From Camelus ferus (Eukaryota): 64,000 nt of DNA. Positions within the stretch are counted from its first letter, which is position 1; the number at the start of each line of letters is the position of its first letter. The stretch is from contig NC_045696.1 in the NCBI RefSeq assembly GCF_009834535.1, positions 54,190,001-54,254,000 of the forward strand, written 5' to 3'. The notes under the pieces were generated by a model, which did not search any database, was not told the origin of the DNA, and saw only the letters and a program-made list of their open reading frames with translations. Of this stretch, positions 12,701 through 26,826 are shown in pieces. The translations under genes were made by a program, and so were the position numbers.

Positions 12701-13750
12701 CTGTGTAGAATGCACAAGACATTTTCATGGTACACTATTCAGAATATATTTCCTAGGAAGACTTTTTATTTCTTTTGTAGGCAATTCTGAACTGCTCTCT
12801 ATTTTCAGAGTCCTGTTTCAAATCTTTAACTTGTAATTCATCTTTTTCTAATTTTCTATTGCTCCTCATGTGTCTACTGTCTCTCACATGTTCATTCTTT
12901 TATCTACCACAAATAGAAATCATTTCTTTAAAAAGCATGTTTGTTTTCCCTCTCAAATGGAGATTGAATGTATTCTTCTTTATTATAAGCACTGCAGAAA
13001 TATAGAAATGAAAGGGACATCAAGAAGTTCAGGCAGGTATTGAAAATAATGGCTGAAAGTAGTAGGTGGAGATATACTAGTAATGTTCACGCTGGTTGCC
13101 ACATTTTTCTCAACTCTTGGTAGATTGATGGCATTTCTGAGGATGGAGGACACAAGTCTGTGGTGACAGCTCTTTCCTACTCTTTTAAGAATCCTTGCTA
13201 CAGAGCGGGGAAAAAAAGTAGCCCATATCAAGAAATTTTAATATTTGAAGTAAGAGAAAGCATCTTTTTGTTATTCAAAATATTGGGTCCTGAGCTGAAT
13301 ACAACTTCTGTCTTATTTTAAGACGACGATTCAAATCTCTCTCTTGGTAGCCTGTTTGCTATCGCAATCACTTTTACATCAATGAGGCTTAACTGACTTT
13401 GTGTTCTTAGCAGACACATAGGACAACTGATCTGAATACTCTTCATAGCAATTCTTTATTTTAACTGGACCAGGCAACTTCTGTTTTCTCGGGGAAACAT
13501 TTCTAATTTTTACCACTCTTCATAATCCCTCTTCTCTGCTCCTTTTTAAAAATCATGCTCTTTACAGCTATCTACATTCTAAATATCCTTTTGTTAAAAC
13601 AAACAAACAAACAGAGATGAAATTTGGATGCATGTTCCTTCCTATGATAGCATCATCTGAACCCTTTACTTTTCCATTGCACAATTCTGTGAATATAAAT
13701 AAGGTGAAATGATCCCAGAGGTGAAGTTGCTGTTGCTGCTGATTTTTCAG

Positions 13751-13945
13751 TTCAGTCAACCCCCAACCTCTCTCTGAAAGTGCCCAACAGTAAGCCAGTC
13801 CCTGTCAGCACCAAGTCAGGGTGATAGTCATGTTCCACGCTCCGGTCTTAAGTGTAAGGACTGTTTCGCCGAAAGTGTGAGTATCATTGCCTGTATCCTA
13901 AAGTAAAATAAATATTGAAGCAATAAAAAAAATTTAAATGTTTCT
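13751..13945 (+). other. Candidate plus-strand exon, possibly terminal
   Basis: Acceptor ctgatttttcag| at 13750, locally retained CpGs, stops in all three frames within ~75 nt, AATAAA at 13907 and 13922. Possible donors ACA|gtaagc (13790) and AGT|gtgagt (13877). Confidence 0.3.
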
Positions 13946-16603
13946 TTTCCACATGAATATGAGGTACTTTTTTGCCGGCAGGGAATGACAATTTCATAAC
14001 AAATGCAGCAAAATTAAGCAGTTAGCAGAGAAAGCTGTCAAAACATTGCAGGATATTCAGCTGAGAGCTACAAAGTATAATGGGTCTGGTGAAGAAAAGA
14101 GAAGAGTTGTGCTATCAAATTCTCTGATTTTGAGATTTACTAAACAGTTTATGGGTCCAGAATATGTGTTTAAAAAAACATCCAAAACAATGACATGAAG
14201 CTTATTTCTGGAACTCTGGCCACTGTTGTCCAGGACCTTAATGTCATCATGACATTGTACACAGGCTTAATCTTCAGACTGTTAGATACTTCTGGATACT
14301 GTTTAGAAATTAGTGTAGAGATGAAATACACATGAAACCACACATTATCAGTCATTCATTCTGTACATACTCCCTAAGCATCTTCCAGGCAGATAAATTT
14401 TTTTGTGTGTATGAAACCACCCAAGCAAGTCTGCACTGATTGCAATTTCTGCATAGGAAGTCATACTATGGCTGTTCATACGTCTGTCTTCCCCTAAGAG
14501 TGTATTCTCCTCAAGGACCAAGAACAAATCCTTTCATTTCATTTCTTCAGTCCCCAAAAACAGACTGGATGACTGACTGCTAAATAAATGAGTGACTTAA
14601 AAAGAAACTGAATGCCTTACAAGTGCACGTGTTGCTATGACTTTGAAGTCTTCTATTACCATGTTCTGTCACATGTCCTCCTTTGTGCTACACTGAGATG
14701 GATAAAGAGGCATGCATGTTTGTGGTGCTTAAGGATTCGACTTTGACACCACATTTCCTTTAGAAGTTTATGATCAAATAAGTTACAGTGATCTTCAAAA
14801 TGGATGTGATCTGAACAGAAGTCTACTTCATGTCTCAATATATTTCACTTTGTGTTTACTTCTAAACCTAAGGTTTTTCACCTATGCTGTAACATTTTTA
14901 AGTGGGGTCATTTTACATGGGTAACTTTGATCTCTGTCAGTTGATTTATCAGCTTTCTGACTTGGAGGCAAGAAAAAGACTCCAATGGCAGAGACATTTG
15001 TATACCAACTTTCACCTTAGAAATTATAGTTTCCAAATACTCACAAGTGCAAATACCATAAACTTTAATGACTTAATTAAGCTAGTGGTAAAAAGCAATA
15101 CAGCCGGGAGGGTGTTAATTACCATTGCAGGGGAATTCTGTGGTTTTTTCAGCAAGGTGGTCTAAAAGGAATTATGCTTTAGAACCTAAACAACTAGATT
15201 CAAAATGATTCCATACTTTAATGAGATTTTACTGTGGCTTACTATTTTTGTGTGTCACTTCTCTCATGCAAAATGGTGATATATTTTGAAACCTTGTTGA
15301 GGGATTTTGTAAGAAGTGTTGAGAGATTTTGTAAATCATCCAACATCATGCTGGTTTCTTTTCTCCCCACCTTGACTAATACAAGAGAGATTGATAGAAT
15401 GGGGTGAGGTGGCCAACAACCATTATAATAGATGCTGCTTTGGAGGACTGAGTCACAAAAACCACACCCTGAGCTCTTTTCCCAGATGCCTCTCTAACTT
15501 GATGGAGTACTGTTTACTTTTACCACTTTTGAGTTAGCAGTTAAAACTACAGATTTTAAATAAATGAAGAAATAAATATTGCCATAGAAATGTAGTGAAA
15601 TGTTACCTAGCCAAGTGTCATTCATGCATTTTTTTTTTATTTCTTGAAAGAATAACACATTTGCTTGCAAAGCAAAAGATGCTGTGACTTACCAACAAGA
15701 TCTGGCTGTCTTTTGCATGTTACTTGTTGTTATGCCAAGGGACGTTCTAAGAGTGACAGGAAAAGATAACATGGGAACATGAATAAAGAAATAAAGTCTG
15801 TTGTTATGGCAACCGGCTCTCCCAGAATAAGGGGTTGAACAGGCACTCTCCTCAGTACCTTCTCCCAACTTAGAGCTGAAGAAAACATATATCCTTTGGC
15901 AGTCACAAGGGTTATTAAAAATCCTCTGTGGCTTATTTTTTTTAAATCTCTGCAATTCTCTTGCATTTTGAGTGATATCTAGATTGTGAATGGACTGTTA
16001 TATCACCTAAACATTTTTACATTGAATTCTTTGCAATGGGGATGATTGCTGATGCTAATCACTGTTCTTAGTCTTTCTACTTTGGAAGAATTTGTGTTGG
16101 TGTCTTGGACTTCTGGCACTGAACTTCGGTGAGATGGGGCTAACAGTTAGTGATTAGCATGCCAACAAATGGTAGAATCCTGCTATGCAGTGGTGTGGGT
16201 CACAGGGGTCAAGGAAAAGTTATAATTGGATAAAGTGTCTCTGAACCGGGGTTACAAGATTGAAGAAGTACGGTTTTGAATTTCTAGGTTCCTGCAGTAT
16301 CTGAGACGTCTACAAAGCAGCATTAGGAACTGGGGTCAAAGAGTTAAGGCTTCACAGTTTCTTGGACACTACAGTTTGGGAGTGTGGAAACTGCTCATGA
16401 TAGCAGTGACCCCAACAGCATCAGGAGATTCCACTTAATTTTACATAGAGATGCTGGGCCCTGGATCTGGAAGAACTCTGAGTGCGTCATCTTCCCCCAT
16501 CCATATCCCACAGTGTCAGCAGCTTCTCCGTGTTAATGGGAAAGCCTAGCCCTGAACTCAGATGAGTTAGAAACTGAACTCCTACTAATCTGTTTCTTAT
16601 CAG

Positions 16604-17260
16604 AGGTCCTTACCAACTTTCTGTCACTGCCGAGAGACAGCAGATATGAAGCACGTTTGACTTCTTACTGTGCAAATAGAGCTTAAACAGCCTGAAACGT
16701 CAGCAACCTAAGAGAGACTCCTCGTCTGCTGCTATGACTGCTACTAATTCACTACTTAGAAGAGAAGAGTGTGTGCTGCTTTAAGAAAGCGAAGTTCACC
16801 GGATCTAAGGGTGGCTTCAGAGGATGTCAACAGTTCAGGAATGCTCTCCCGCCATCCAGAGACAGTGTCATTCCTGGAAACCTCATCTCCCCACCATGGC
16901 TCTCAGGGGCCTCCACTAGTATTCAGTTCTGCCCCCTCATGTTACACGTGGCGGAGAAAAAGGGGGACTGTTAAACTTTGTTACATAGATCATCTTTCAG
17001 AAATCACCTGTTTTCCCTCAACAGGATCATGACTAAGTTGTCTGACTAACAAAGCTCCCACCCTCTTCTGAGCCCAGGGATTAAATCTTTCTGTGATTCA
17101 TTTCAACAAGCTTTCCTTGACGCACCTTTAAATAATGGTATGAATTAAATGGACAATCAATAAATATTGGATGATGATGGATAAAGTTTAAGCCACAGAG
17201 TAAAGACTGAAGGAGGTCAGTTTTTAACTGGTGCAATAAATAATAATTTCATTTTATGTA
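16604..17260 (+). other. Candidate plus-strand terminal exon / 3'UTR
   Basis: Branch point and acceptor ctactaatctgtttcttatcag| at 16603, second acceptor aatag| at 16679, repeat-free CpG-containing sequence, AATAAA at 17159 and 17235. Confidence 0.3.
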
Positions 17261-19384
17261 CAGACTTCAAATGGTCAGCTTGTTCAACACTAGAGTATAA
17301 CTAAAACAAAATTCCGACAGCGACCACTGACCATTGGTGAACTTTCAGATACATAATACAGCTCAATATGACTACAAGAAGCAGGTAATAAATGCAGACC
17401 TCTTGTTTTCCATGACTATTCATTTTAGCTACTTCTTGCTCCAGGAGACTTGTCCTTGGGTGTATGTGTATGTGGGTGAACAAATATTCTCTGGCATTTT
17501 CCGGCAGTCATTTACTAATCAGTGGTCCTGTCAGACCCAATGCTTCAGTTTCATAACTGTAATTGGATTGTCTGATTTCCTATTCAATTGGTACATGATT
17601 CTTCTTACTTCTCTTTTTTAAAAAAATCAATAAATGGTTTGTGGTACCTTTAATAGAGAGAAATCAGTTTCACCATTTTATGGAGTTGACATTTTCAACA
17701 TTTATCCTCAAAATAGACCATTGGATCTGTCAGACCCAAAGCATAGGTTTTAAATTAATTGGATGGTTGGGTCCCAGGGACACACAATAACATGAACACA
17801 CTTTATTGTGGAAATCAAAGAGCTATATCACAACTTCGTTGAACTATAATGCCCTGAACTCTACACGTACAAACAGAAACAAATTTTCTTTTCCTCCATT
17901 TACAAACCCCTTAACTTATAATGAAGTTATAGAATTCATGAATAACTTTATGTTTAAGCTTAAGGCTGATGTTAAAACTAGGAAAACACTATGGGTATGA
18001 ATGTATTTGTATATTTTATGTATATGTGAAGTCCTTATGTTTACTCACAGACATTGACTCTAATCACACATTCACACATGCAAAGTGACACAAAGACCTG
18101 GATTAATGGATATTTCTACTTTTAAGAGTAAATCATATTTGATGCATTTCTACAAATATTACCTGACTCTGGAATTTTGCTAAGAGATGAAGATGCAAAG
18201 ATGAGTAAGACAGAGTCACTGCTGCCAAAAGTCCTGATGGAGGACAGGCAGTTTCTGCAAAATAATCACGGAATCCATATCTCTCTGCTTTTGGCTAATA
18301 GTTTGGTTCATTTTAGGATCAGGTTTGCACCACTGGGTCTGTACTGACTTGAACACAAATACATTTCAAAATAATATAAAGGTTTCAACTAAAGACTTGG
18401 GGCTACTTGCTTAAAATCAAATTCACTTCACATTTCATTCTGTCCATAAGTATTCATTCTGCAGGAGGTAGAGGTTTTTCCACTGGATAGAGATCATTAT
18501 CAAATGTTTCCATCTTCCTGTGAAGCATTCACTGTTAACTGCTGCTGGAAGCAGGATTCTAGACTGAGGGGACCATTGGTTTGTTCTGGTAGGACAGTTC
18601 CTGAGTTTTAATGGGCATATACTGTTTGGAAGAAAAAGCAGAAACTGTTGGAGACAAACTTTAACATTTCGAGTAGCATTTAACTGATTAATCTGGTGTG
18701 TAGAATTTACCATTTCATTTTAAAATTTAATTTAATTGCTAAACATGAAAACTTGAAGTTCAGGAATAGAAAAAGAAAAAAAAAATCCAAGTCATGAATA
18801 TTTTTCTTTAAAAAGTCCCCTGGCCCAACTCTGCTTAGAAGCCAGATTTCTGCATTTTCAAGTGGGTTATTGACTCGGGGAGTGGGGAGGAGTCGAGTTA
18901 AAATAAGACTCTGAAAAGGGTAGCAGTCTTCTCAGGACTTCAACACAAGGAAGGGACAAGCAGATACTGTTTGCTATTCTTTATGGCTACATTTGCTTCT
19001 AACCTCGCTAGACCTCATTTGTCTGTGGTCCCAGATAGAGGAAGGCAGGGCAAAACACCATCTCTCCATGTGCCAAGTCAAAATTGGAGCTACAATTTGC
19101 ATAAATCAATTTAAAATCAGTCATGGAGAAAGAATTTCTTAACAATGGCCTGAATGATCTGGACTCATTATTTATTTTAGAAACATTCACCAGGCACTGG
19201 TCTATCCCATTTTACTATATCGATCTGTTGTAGTTGAAAAACTAGTGCCCATTTTGTGAGTTATTCAGTTCAACCATATGATGTAATTATATCCATAACA
19301 CAAAAATTGTCAAAGCCTTGCCCCTCTTATGCTGAAGTAGCTAATACAAGGCCAGAATACCAGCAAGGATCTTGATATTTTATA

Positions 19385-19660
19385 AACTAGTGCTTTTAGT
19401 TCTGTGGGGTGAAAAAAAAATTCCCTGTGCAACAAATTTAGAGGTACATTGTAAAGGAAACCTTCACGATTCACTATGACCAGTTTCACAGTAAATGCTC
19501 TGGAAAGTTCTGCAGCAAATTAAATGATTTATTTACATAAATTCCTTAGGAACTGTGGTGCTGGATCATAAAATACCTTTCCTGATCAAATGTTTATCAA
19601 GATTTTGGAGGACAGCGATGTCTCATGAGTCCAGTGGAATACAGTTTAGGAAACTCTGCC
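19385..19660. mobile_element. Possible old hAT-Charlie DNA transposon relic
   Basis: Ends in GGAATACAGTTTAGGAAACTCTG, a Charlie-type terminus; heavily diverged. Confidence 0.35.
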
Positions 19661-20619
19661 TCAGGCTGGAAGCTTCTTGAGGACCCAGCATTTGCCTGTC
19701 CTGGTACCTCCAAGGGTTAACACAAAGCCTGACCCACACAGGATTAGTTTTGCAAACCTAAAAAGGAAACCTTCAGATACATAGTTTGCAATCCTGCTCT
19801 CATATGGTGCATGCCACTTTAAAGGAAATTGTATCTCCTCTCCTCATTCAGCAAACTGGCATTTCATAAAATAAGCTACGCATTCTGAGTTTGAATTAAT
19901 TCAGGTATTTTTCTTTGAATGAATTTCACAGCTAGGGGATAACCTTCTGAACATCGGGACACTATCCTTCCTTAAAAAGTGTATGTCTGTCTTTTCATGT
20001 TAGACTTCCTCTTTGTTCTGTATGTGTCTGGAATTATCGACTGTAATTGCTGGAATGGGTATATAAGATGGGTGGCTTTTTTCCCCCCCTTAAACCTATT
20101 TTAAAGCAGGCAATGTGGAAGCTTGCAGCCTGGGGTGCCTCCATGAATATTATCTGAGAATATCAATCAGTCTAAATCCATAGCCAACAGTGATTACTTT
20201 CTTTATTCTGGCAGCGGTAGTGACATTATTTAGACCCAGTTGCAGAGCAAGCAACAAATGGAGAGCTCTTCCTACAGACACTCATTTCTAGGCTACATTA
20301 ATAACAGTGATATGAAATCACCACCACAAAGGGAGTTTTGGTCTCTATTCTATCTGGCAGAGATGTGCAAACAGGGCCGCAACTTCTTTTTTCCTTGTAA
20401 TTGGCCTTGGGAGTTGGGGTTGTGTGTCACGTCAGAGGCTAATTCTTCCTCCTGTCCTGTGAAACCGGCCTCTCTAACACCCTCTAGGTTTGCTTCCTCC
20501 ACCTCTTTCTCTCCTCTATCTTCAAAGTCTCCCTCTTGATTGCTTTCATCCTTCTGGAATCTGAATCTACTCAAGAATCTTCTATCTTGAAAAAAAAAAT
20601 CCACCCTTCTCCTTCCTCC

Positions 20620-20965
20620 ACCTTCCCCTGACCTCTCCCCTTCTTTTCACGGAGAAGCTACTCCAATGAATGTCCTTCATGCCCTTCTTTATTTCCTCAC
20701 CCCCCTTTGGCTACTGCCACCCACGAGAACAGTTAATGACCTCTCAGGAGAGGTTTGGAACCTCTCTCTGGGTTTGGAAGTGTACTCCACACTGGGTTCT
20801 AATTGTACCTTGAATCCTCCCCGCTATTACAGAACTTACCACCCAATACTGCCATGTTTTTTTGTAAAAAACATGTCTGCTTCTCTTTGTAAAAGGCAAA
20901 ATCTATGTCTTCATTATCTTTGGAGCCCCAACATCCCACATAGTGCCTGGGGGCAGTTGTAGGGA
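20620..20965 (+). mobile_element. L2 LINE fragment
   Basis: L2 3' features: AATGACCTC..., TGTAAAAGGCAAAATCTATGTCTTCATTATCTTTGGAGCCCCAACATCCCACATAGTGCCTGG. Confidence 0.55.
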
Positions 20966-23900
20966 CTTAATCATACCTATTGTTAGCATGTGACTTTGGG
21001 GACCTAAAGCTAGCATGGAGGAAGAGAAATGGGAAAGCTCCCCATTTGCAAGTTTGCTTTGTATCTTGTGCTGAAAGCCTCTGATAAATGCAGCAGTGTG
21101 ATCCAATTAACTTTCTAGTACTCAGGAGAGAGAATGATGGGTTCTGCCAACTTGCCATCCACCAATCTTAATTGTCTTTTGACCTATGGAGTTGCATTGA
21201 GGGTAGGGGGATTATTGGTAATATTAGAGTTGAAAGTATTAACATTATGTAACATATAGATTATATAAAGGAGATTTGACTCCTCTTTTCAGAAAAAGAT
21301 AATGGAAGTTAATAAAGGATGGGCAGTATGAATTCACTAGTTAAACCAGGGCCTCAGAATATTTTAATAAGGAATCTTCTCCTAACTCTTTGGGTGAACC
21401 TGAATGATATGTTTCCTACTACAGAATCCTTCTTTACAATATAAAAACAATATTTTTTTATCCTCTACAGCTTGAGCAATATTAACGAGTTAATATACAC
21501 ATTCTGAGTAATTCTCAAATGAGTTTAACATGTGCAAACCAAGGTCCTCCATCAATAACCACCTTCCTACCAAATAACACAATCACACATTCACTGTCAG
21601 TCACCAGTTCTTACCCTTGCTCCTAAACTCTACTTTGAGATGTGATTTCCAAAGAGATCTCTTTTCTGGTTCCTCGAGTCATCTTAAGAAGCACAACTCA
21701 CTCAGGAAAACCACTCTTGCAAAAGCCTCATTACCCTAGACCCATGATCACTCTCTTTTCAATAACTCACAGAGCATCTGTTCTACCAAAGAGGTCACAG
21801 GGGCAGGGGGCAGTGGTGGTGTGTATGCTCACTTCCAGATCAATCTGTGAGTTGGTGAAAGTCCTAACTTCCTAAAGAATGTTGGAACATTGTTTCCTTA
21901 CCAAGAAATCTATAGGCAAGAGTGTCACTGGTGTCCTCAACTGGAACCAAGATGGAACCAAGAATGCACTGACCCAGAGACACCATGAGAGAAAGATGGC
22001 TCAGTTTTCCCGGTTTCTGCCATAGCTCTGCTACAGTATCTATTCAACTGACCTCTTTGAGCTAGCAAGGAAATCTAATCCAAATGCCTTTAAGATGTAC
22101 CATATTGGATAGAATTTCACAGGCAACATTCAGCTCACTTTTCTGGCCCATAGATATAGGATTCTGCTTATCATAAATTATGAGGAGGAGGGAGCCCTCT
22201 GAAGATTTACATCAGCAGGGGAACTCACCTGCCCACCTCACCTTCCCCTGCCGAACTAGTATCCTGAAATGCTACAAAATGAGAACCGGGCTTATGATGG
22301 TTTCTTTTGGATTATCCTGGGAAATTCTCAATAGATATGACTGACCTTCGTGACATGAAAGGGTTTTTTCATATTGAAATAATGAGCCACCATCTTGAAA
22401 CTGTAAATCTCCAGCACTCAGAATCATTCTAAATCATTAGAATCAAAGTCTATTCCCCAAAGGTGAAGGGTACGACAGACAGCCTTCAGAGAAGTAGAGG
22501 GTCAAGGCATCACTCAAGTAATTTGCATAAATCACATACTTTCTTTCAAAGGGAGGCTTTTTCAGACAACCAGGCTAGTTGGACCTAAATTCTCTGGATA
22601 ATTCCTCCAATTCTCCTCCCTGTTATGTGTAGATCAAAGCGTAATGACTTGGCCTGGGACAATTGAGAAATTAATAACCGAAGCCAGGGTTTAAGAAATT
22701 CATAGTAATGACACAAATGAGACCTATCAAATTAGAAAAGCAAAATGAAAACACACTAAACACTTCACAATTTAATTAGAAAAGGTTCCAAGTTCAGACC
22801 TCACTGAGGCCATTTCACACCAGCACTCTATACAGCATCCTGAGGAAGAAAGTTGTTATGGTGGAATGTGACCTTGGGGAGGAGCTGAGGTCTCTTCACT
22901 GTCTCCTTTACTCTGTCTGCCTTTTAGGACTCACCCCTTAACATCTGAAAAAAGGCAGGACTACAAAAAAGAAACCAGCAGGCATCTATCTCTTAACCTT
23001 CAAAAGAGATAGAGTTCAGTCTTCTTTTCCCCCCATAATAACGGTATAGCAATTGATTTGAGATTGCTCCCCATAAACCATTTGAAAATATTTTTCAAAT
23101 TAATACACAAACTATGAACCATAAATTGGCCGCTGTTCCCTATGAACCATTTCCATTGACTTTTAAGTCCAATACTGTATATCAGGTAAGGCTCACTTCT
23201 TTCCTTTCAACATGCTGGTTACAAAAAAAAAGGGGGACTTGTAGGTTATATATGTTTAGAATGAATCATCTTTCTTTTCTATAGCCTCTTTCATACAAAT
23301 TGTATATCCTCCAAACACTTTATAGACTTCTATAATATAGGAGAGTGTAGAGAATAAATTACAAGAAACAGGAGAGAAGACAAGCTTCCATCCCTCTGTG
23401 AAGTTTATGTGGTGCCCATCTCTGAGGGCTCTGTATGCTCTGCATTATTATTTCACATCTTCAAATTTAGCTCACTTTATTATGCATTTAGTTCTCAAGT
23501 TATTACCATGTGATGACCGACACTGCCATCAATCACATTCTTATCAGAGAGGAGGCTGAGAAAAACTGAGGTTTCTGCAAGGTCACACAGTAAGTACAAT
23601 GGCTAAAGGTCACACAGTAAGTTGCTCAAATTCCATAGGATTCATTCAACACAGTCAAGAACAGAAGCACTGGGTGACTTTGCAGGGAGAGGGGTGACAT
23701 GTTTGGGTTATTATGACACACAAGGTACCCACATTCTGCCAAACCAGCTTTATGATTTGTAAAGTTAGTACACAGTGGATATACACACACATAAAATTTC
23801 ACTTACGGGAAAATCTTGGATCCAGTTCTAGAAAAACTGCATTAACATTGGCCTGAGTCCTGAACCAAGCCTGATGTAGCCTTGTAGCCACCTGTAATTT

Positions 23901-26602
23901 AGTATCTCCTTTCCTGACTACCTTTGGAAGTTTTGGAAGTTTCTTCCCTAATTCTTCCTTGGCCAATCCAAGCGTTTTCCCATTCTTCCATTTCTTAATA
24001 TCCTTCAGAAATTTAGTTAATAGACCCTCATTCGTATGTCCCTAAGAAATAGCACTAATTTTTTTAAAAAAGGTTACTAATGATTTCTCTCCTCCTCCTC
24101 TTTCAGAGAAACTGCCTCTCAGGACCAGCCTAGGCTGTGTTTCTTTGGTATGTGCCAAGTTCAAATGCAGTAAGAGTGGGGAGTCCATGCATCCTAGTTC
24201 TGGGTCCCTGTGTCCTTCTCTCACTGTCACAGACAAGCTGACTAGACTGGATGCGAGGGGGCTTCTTGGGCAGGGGTGGGGTGAGGACCAGCCAGGGGCT
24301 GCCTGAGAAAGTCCAGGGCATGAGAGCTGTCCATGAACCTGGGACAGAATACGCAATCTGTTCAGGAAACAGAGCTCTTCCTTAAAGCAGGTGCAGCTTT
24401 TCCTGCCATTTCCCAAGCAGTGTCAGACACTTTTCTGAGATATAAACCAAGCGAGGTATTATCAGTCCCATTTAAAGATGAAGACACTAGCTTCTTTCAG
24501 CAAACTTGACACCTCTACCTGGAAAAGCTGGCATTCTCCACTTGTCACAGCTCCTTCCAGGATTATGTACACAACTGAACTCTCAGCAATTACACACCAA
24601 CAAACATACACTCATATTCACATCCATAGTTTCCAGTAGGGACAGCAAACTTTTGGTGGGATGGATGTGGCCAACACATGAGTACCTAAAATACTACACA
24701 GAACTCTTTATCTTTAGATGACTTAGTAGACACAGATTACTATTTGTTTTCTTAGGGAGATATTTACAAAGAAAAATGCTTCATGGGGGCAAGAGCTGTT
24801 GTAACAGTGCACCGGAATTCAGTTGTGGTTGTAACTGCAAACGATCTACATTAAGGGGGAATCTTCCTACTGCACCTCCAGGAGCCTAGTTTGTTTAAGT
24901 CCCACTCTAAAGGAAAAGAGAAAGAATGGAGCAGCTCTCAAGAGCCTAGCTACTGTTACTCTGGCTTGGAGATCAATGGAAGGAAGATATAATTCCATAA
25001 AACAGTTCATAACCTAGGGCTGAGCCCTCTCCCTCTCTGGCCAACTCTCAGACTGGTTAGTGAACTGGAACCAGAGTCCCCAAACTAGCCAGGATGCTAA
25101 GCACCTCTGAGTGTCAGCCTGGTCTTGACCAGAAGCCAGTGTGCTCCTAAGAGCCAGGGAACGCCAGGGGTGCTGCTGACGGGGCCAAAGACCTCTCAGG
25201 ATAACAAGGATAAGGTTTCCAGATTTGATACGACACAGAGCAACTTCCTCCCTTCCCAGCCTCCCTCCATCAAATCAACTGGCATGAAATTAATAAAGCT
25301 GTGCCTTTTTGACATTACAGGCTATTACAGAAAGACCAGCTTGAGTGGCAGGTAAACAGCAGCCAAAGAATGGGTTTCCATAAGCACTTATTTATTTATG
25401 AAGAGAATGTGGCATGTAGCATAAATAAACCTGCAGTCATTGTTTCTTTTTTAAGTTTGTAACCTGTCATCATAGGTTAAATAACTGTCAAGAGAACTCA
25501 TACTTGTGATGTTTTAAATAGGAGCTGAAATTGGTGTTTCCCCATGGTAGCCGGATGTTTCTAAACATTGCCATTTCTTCCTTTTCTACTAAAAGTTCTG
25601 TTTAAATGTATGAAAAATCAATCAAAATATGTATTCCATGAGTGGAAAGAGATCAGGAGGCGGAATAGAGTTGGGGGTGAGTGGAGAAGGCCAATTTATG
25701 TTATACAAACACTCATTATTTGCAGCTATTTTTATATATTTTCAACACTCTGCAGGTTCATCTACTCTACTTGCTACTGTTTCTAACTATTGATATCTAT
25801 TGCTCCCCAACAATAAACTGTTTTATTTAACTGATCTCTGAAAATGCCATGTAACCATATTTAGGGGCACCATTTATAGTATCTCCTCTCTCTTCCACTC
25901 ACCTTCTGTCCTCTAAATCAGTTTCTCTTCCAGCCTCATTTGCTTTTTGTTTTTTTGTTGTCTTCCTGCAGTCTTTTTCTTCCCTCCTTTCTATTTTTAT
26001 CACCATCTGTAGACTCTTTCCCTTCTTCCTCACTGCAGCTGCAGCCTTTCCCAGTCTTCGCCAGCCGGCTGCTTGCTGCTGTCACTGTTCTTTTCTTCCT
26101 GTCCATAGTCATCTTTGTTTGTCGTTGTTGGTTTTGTTTTGTTTGTTTTGTTTTGCTTTCCTCATTTATCTTTCCCATTCCCGTATCTCTGTTAACTTGG
26201 AAGTTTTCAGAAAAGCCAAAAGAACATGAAACTTGGAAGTTTCAAAGTCATGGGAAAACAAAACTCAAGCTTGCCTCAGCAGAGACCGTGTCTCCATTTC
26301 TGCAGCAGAATTATATGGAACTAGTTCCAAAAGTGAGAGGATGCCAGGGAAGCTGTGCTGGTTAGCATATAATCTAAATTAGAGAACTGAGTGTTGAATG
26401 GGTTGTTCCCATGAATGGTCATCTTAGACGTGCCTCCGATAAAGGACACGAGGCAGTGTCCACTCTCAATGAGAAGAAGTGGCAAGTGTGTCTCACACCA
26501 GCAGATAAGCAAGATTCAAAGGAAGGGGGCAGTCATTCTGGCTTTTCATTCCAACTCCACCCAGTTTGTTTAGACAGCCCTGAGAACAGGGGATCCATCT
26601 GA

Positions 26603-26826
26603 CTTTTCTGAACTGAAGTACAATGGATTTAAAATTTATGTCAATTTCTGGTGTACAGCATAGTGATTCAGCTATATACACACACACACACACATACATA
26701 TATATACACAGTCTTTTCCATATTCTTTTGCATTATAGGCCATTACAAGGTATTGAATGTAGTTCCCTGTGCTATACAGCAGGACCTTGTTGTTTACCTA
26801 TTTTATATACAGTAGTTAGTCCCTGC
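26603..26826 (-). mobile_element. 5'-truncated L1 3'-end insertion (artiodactyl-type 3'UTR) with internal (CA/TA)n
   Basis: Reverse complement of ACTACTGTATATAAAATAGGTAAACAACAAGGTCCTGCTGTATAGCACAGGGAACTACATTCAATACCTTGTAAT...GAATCACTATGCTGTACACCAGAAATTGAC; homologous to the other copies in the window. Confidence 0.85.

Noticed and set aside
25936..26365. 141-aa hydrophobic ORF and the opposing Lys-rich ORF
   Set aside because: Artefact of a pyrimidine/T-rich low-complexity tract.
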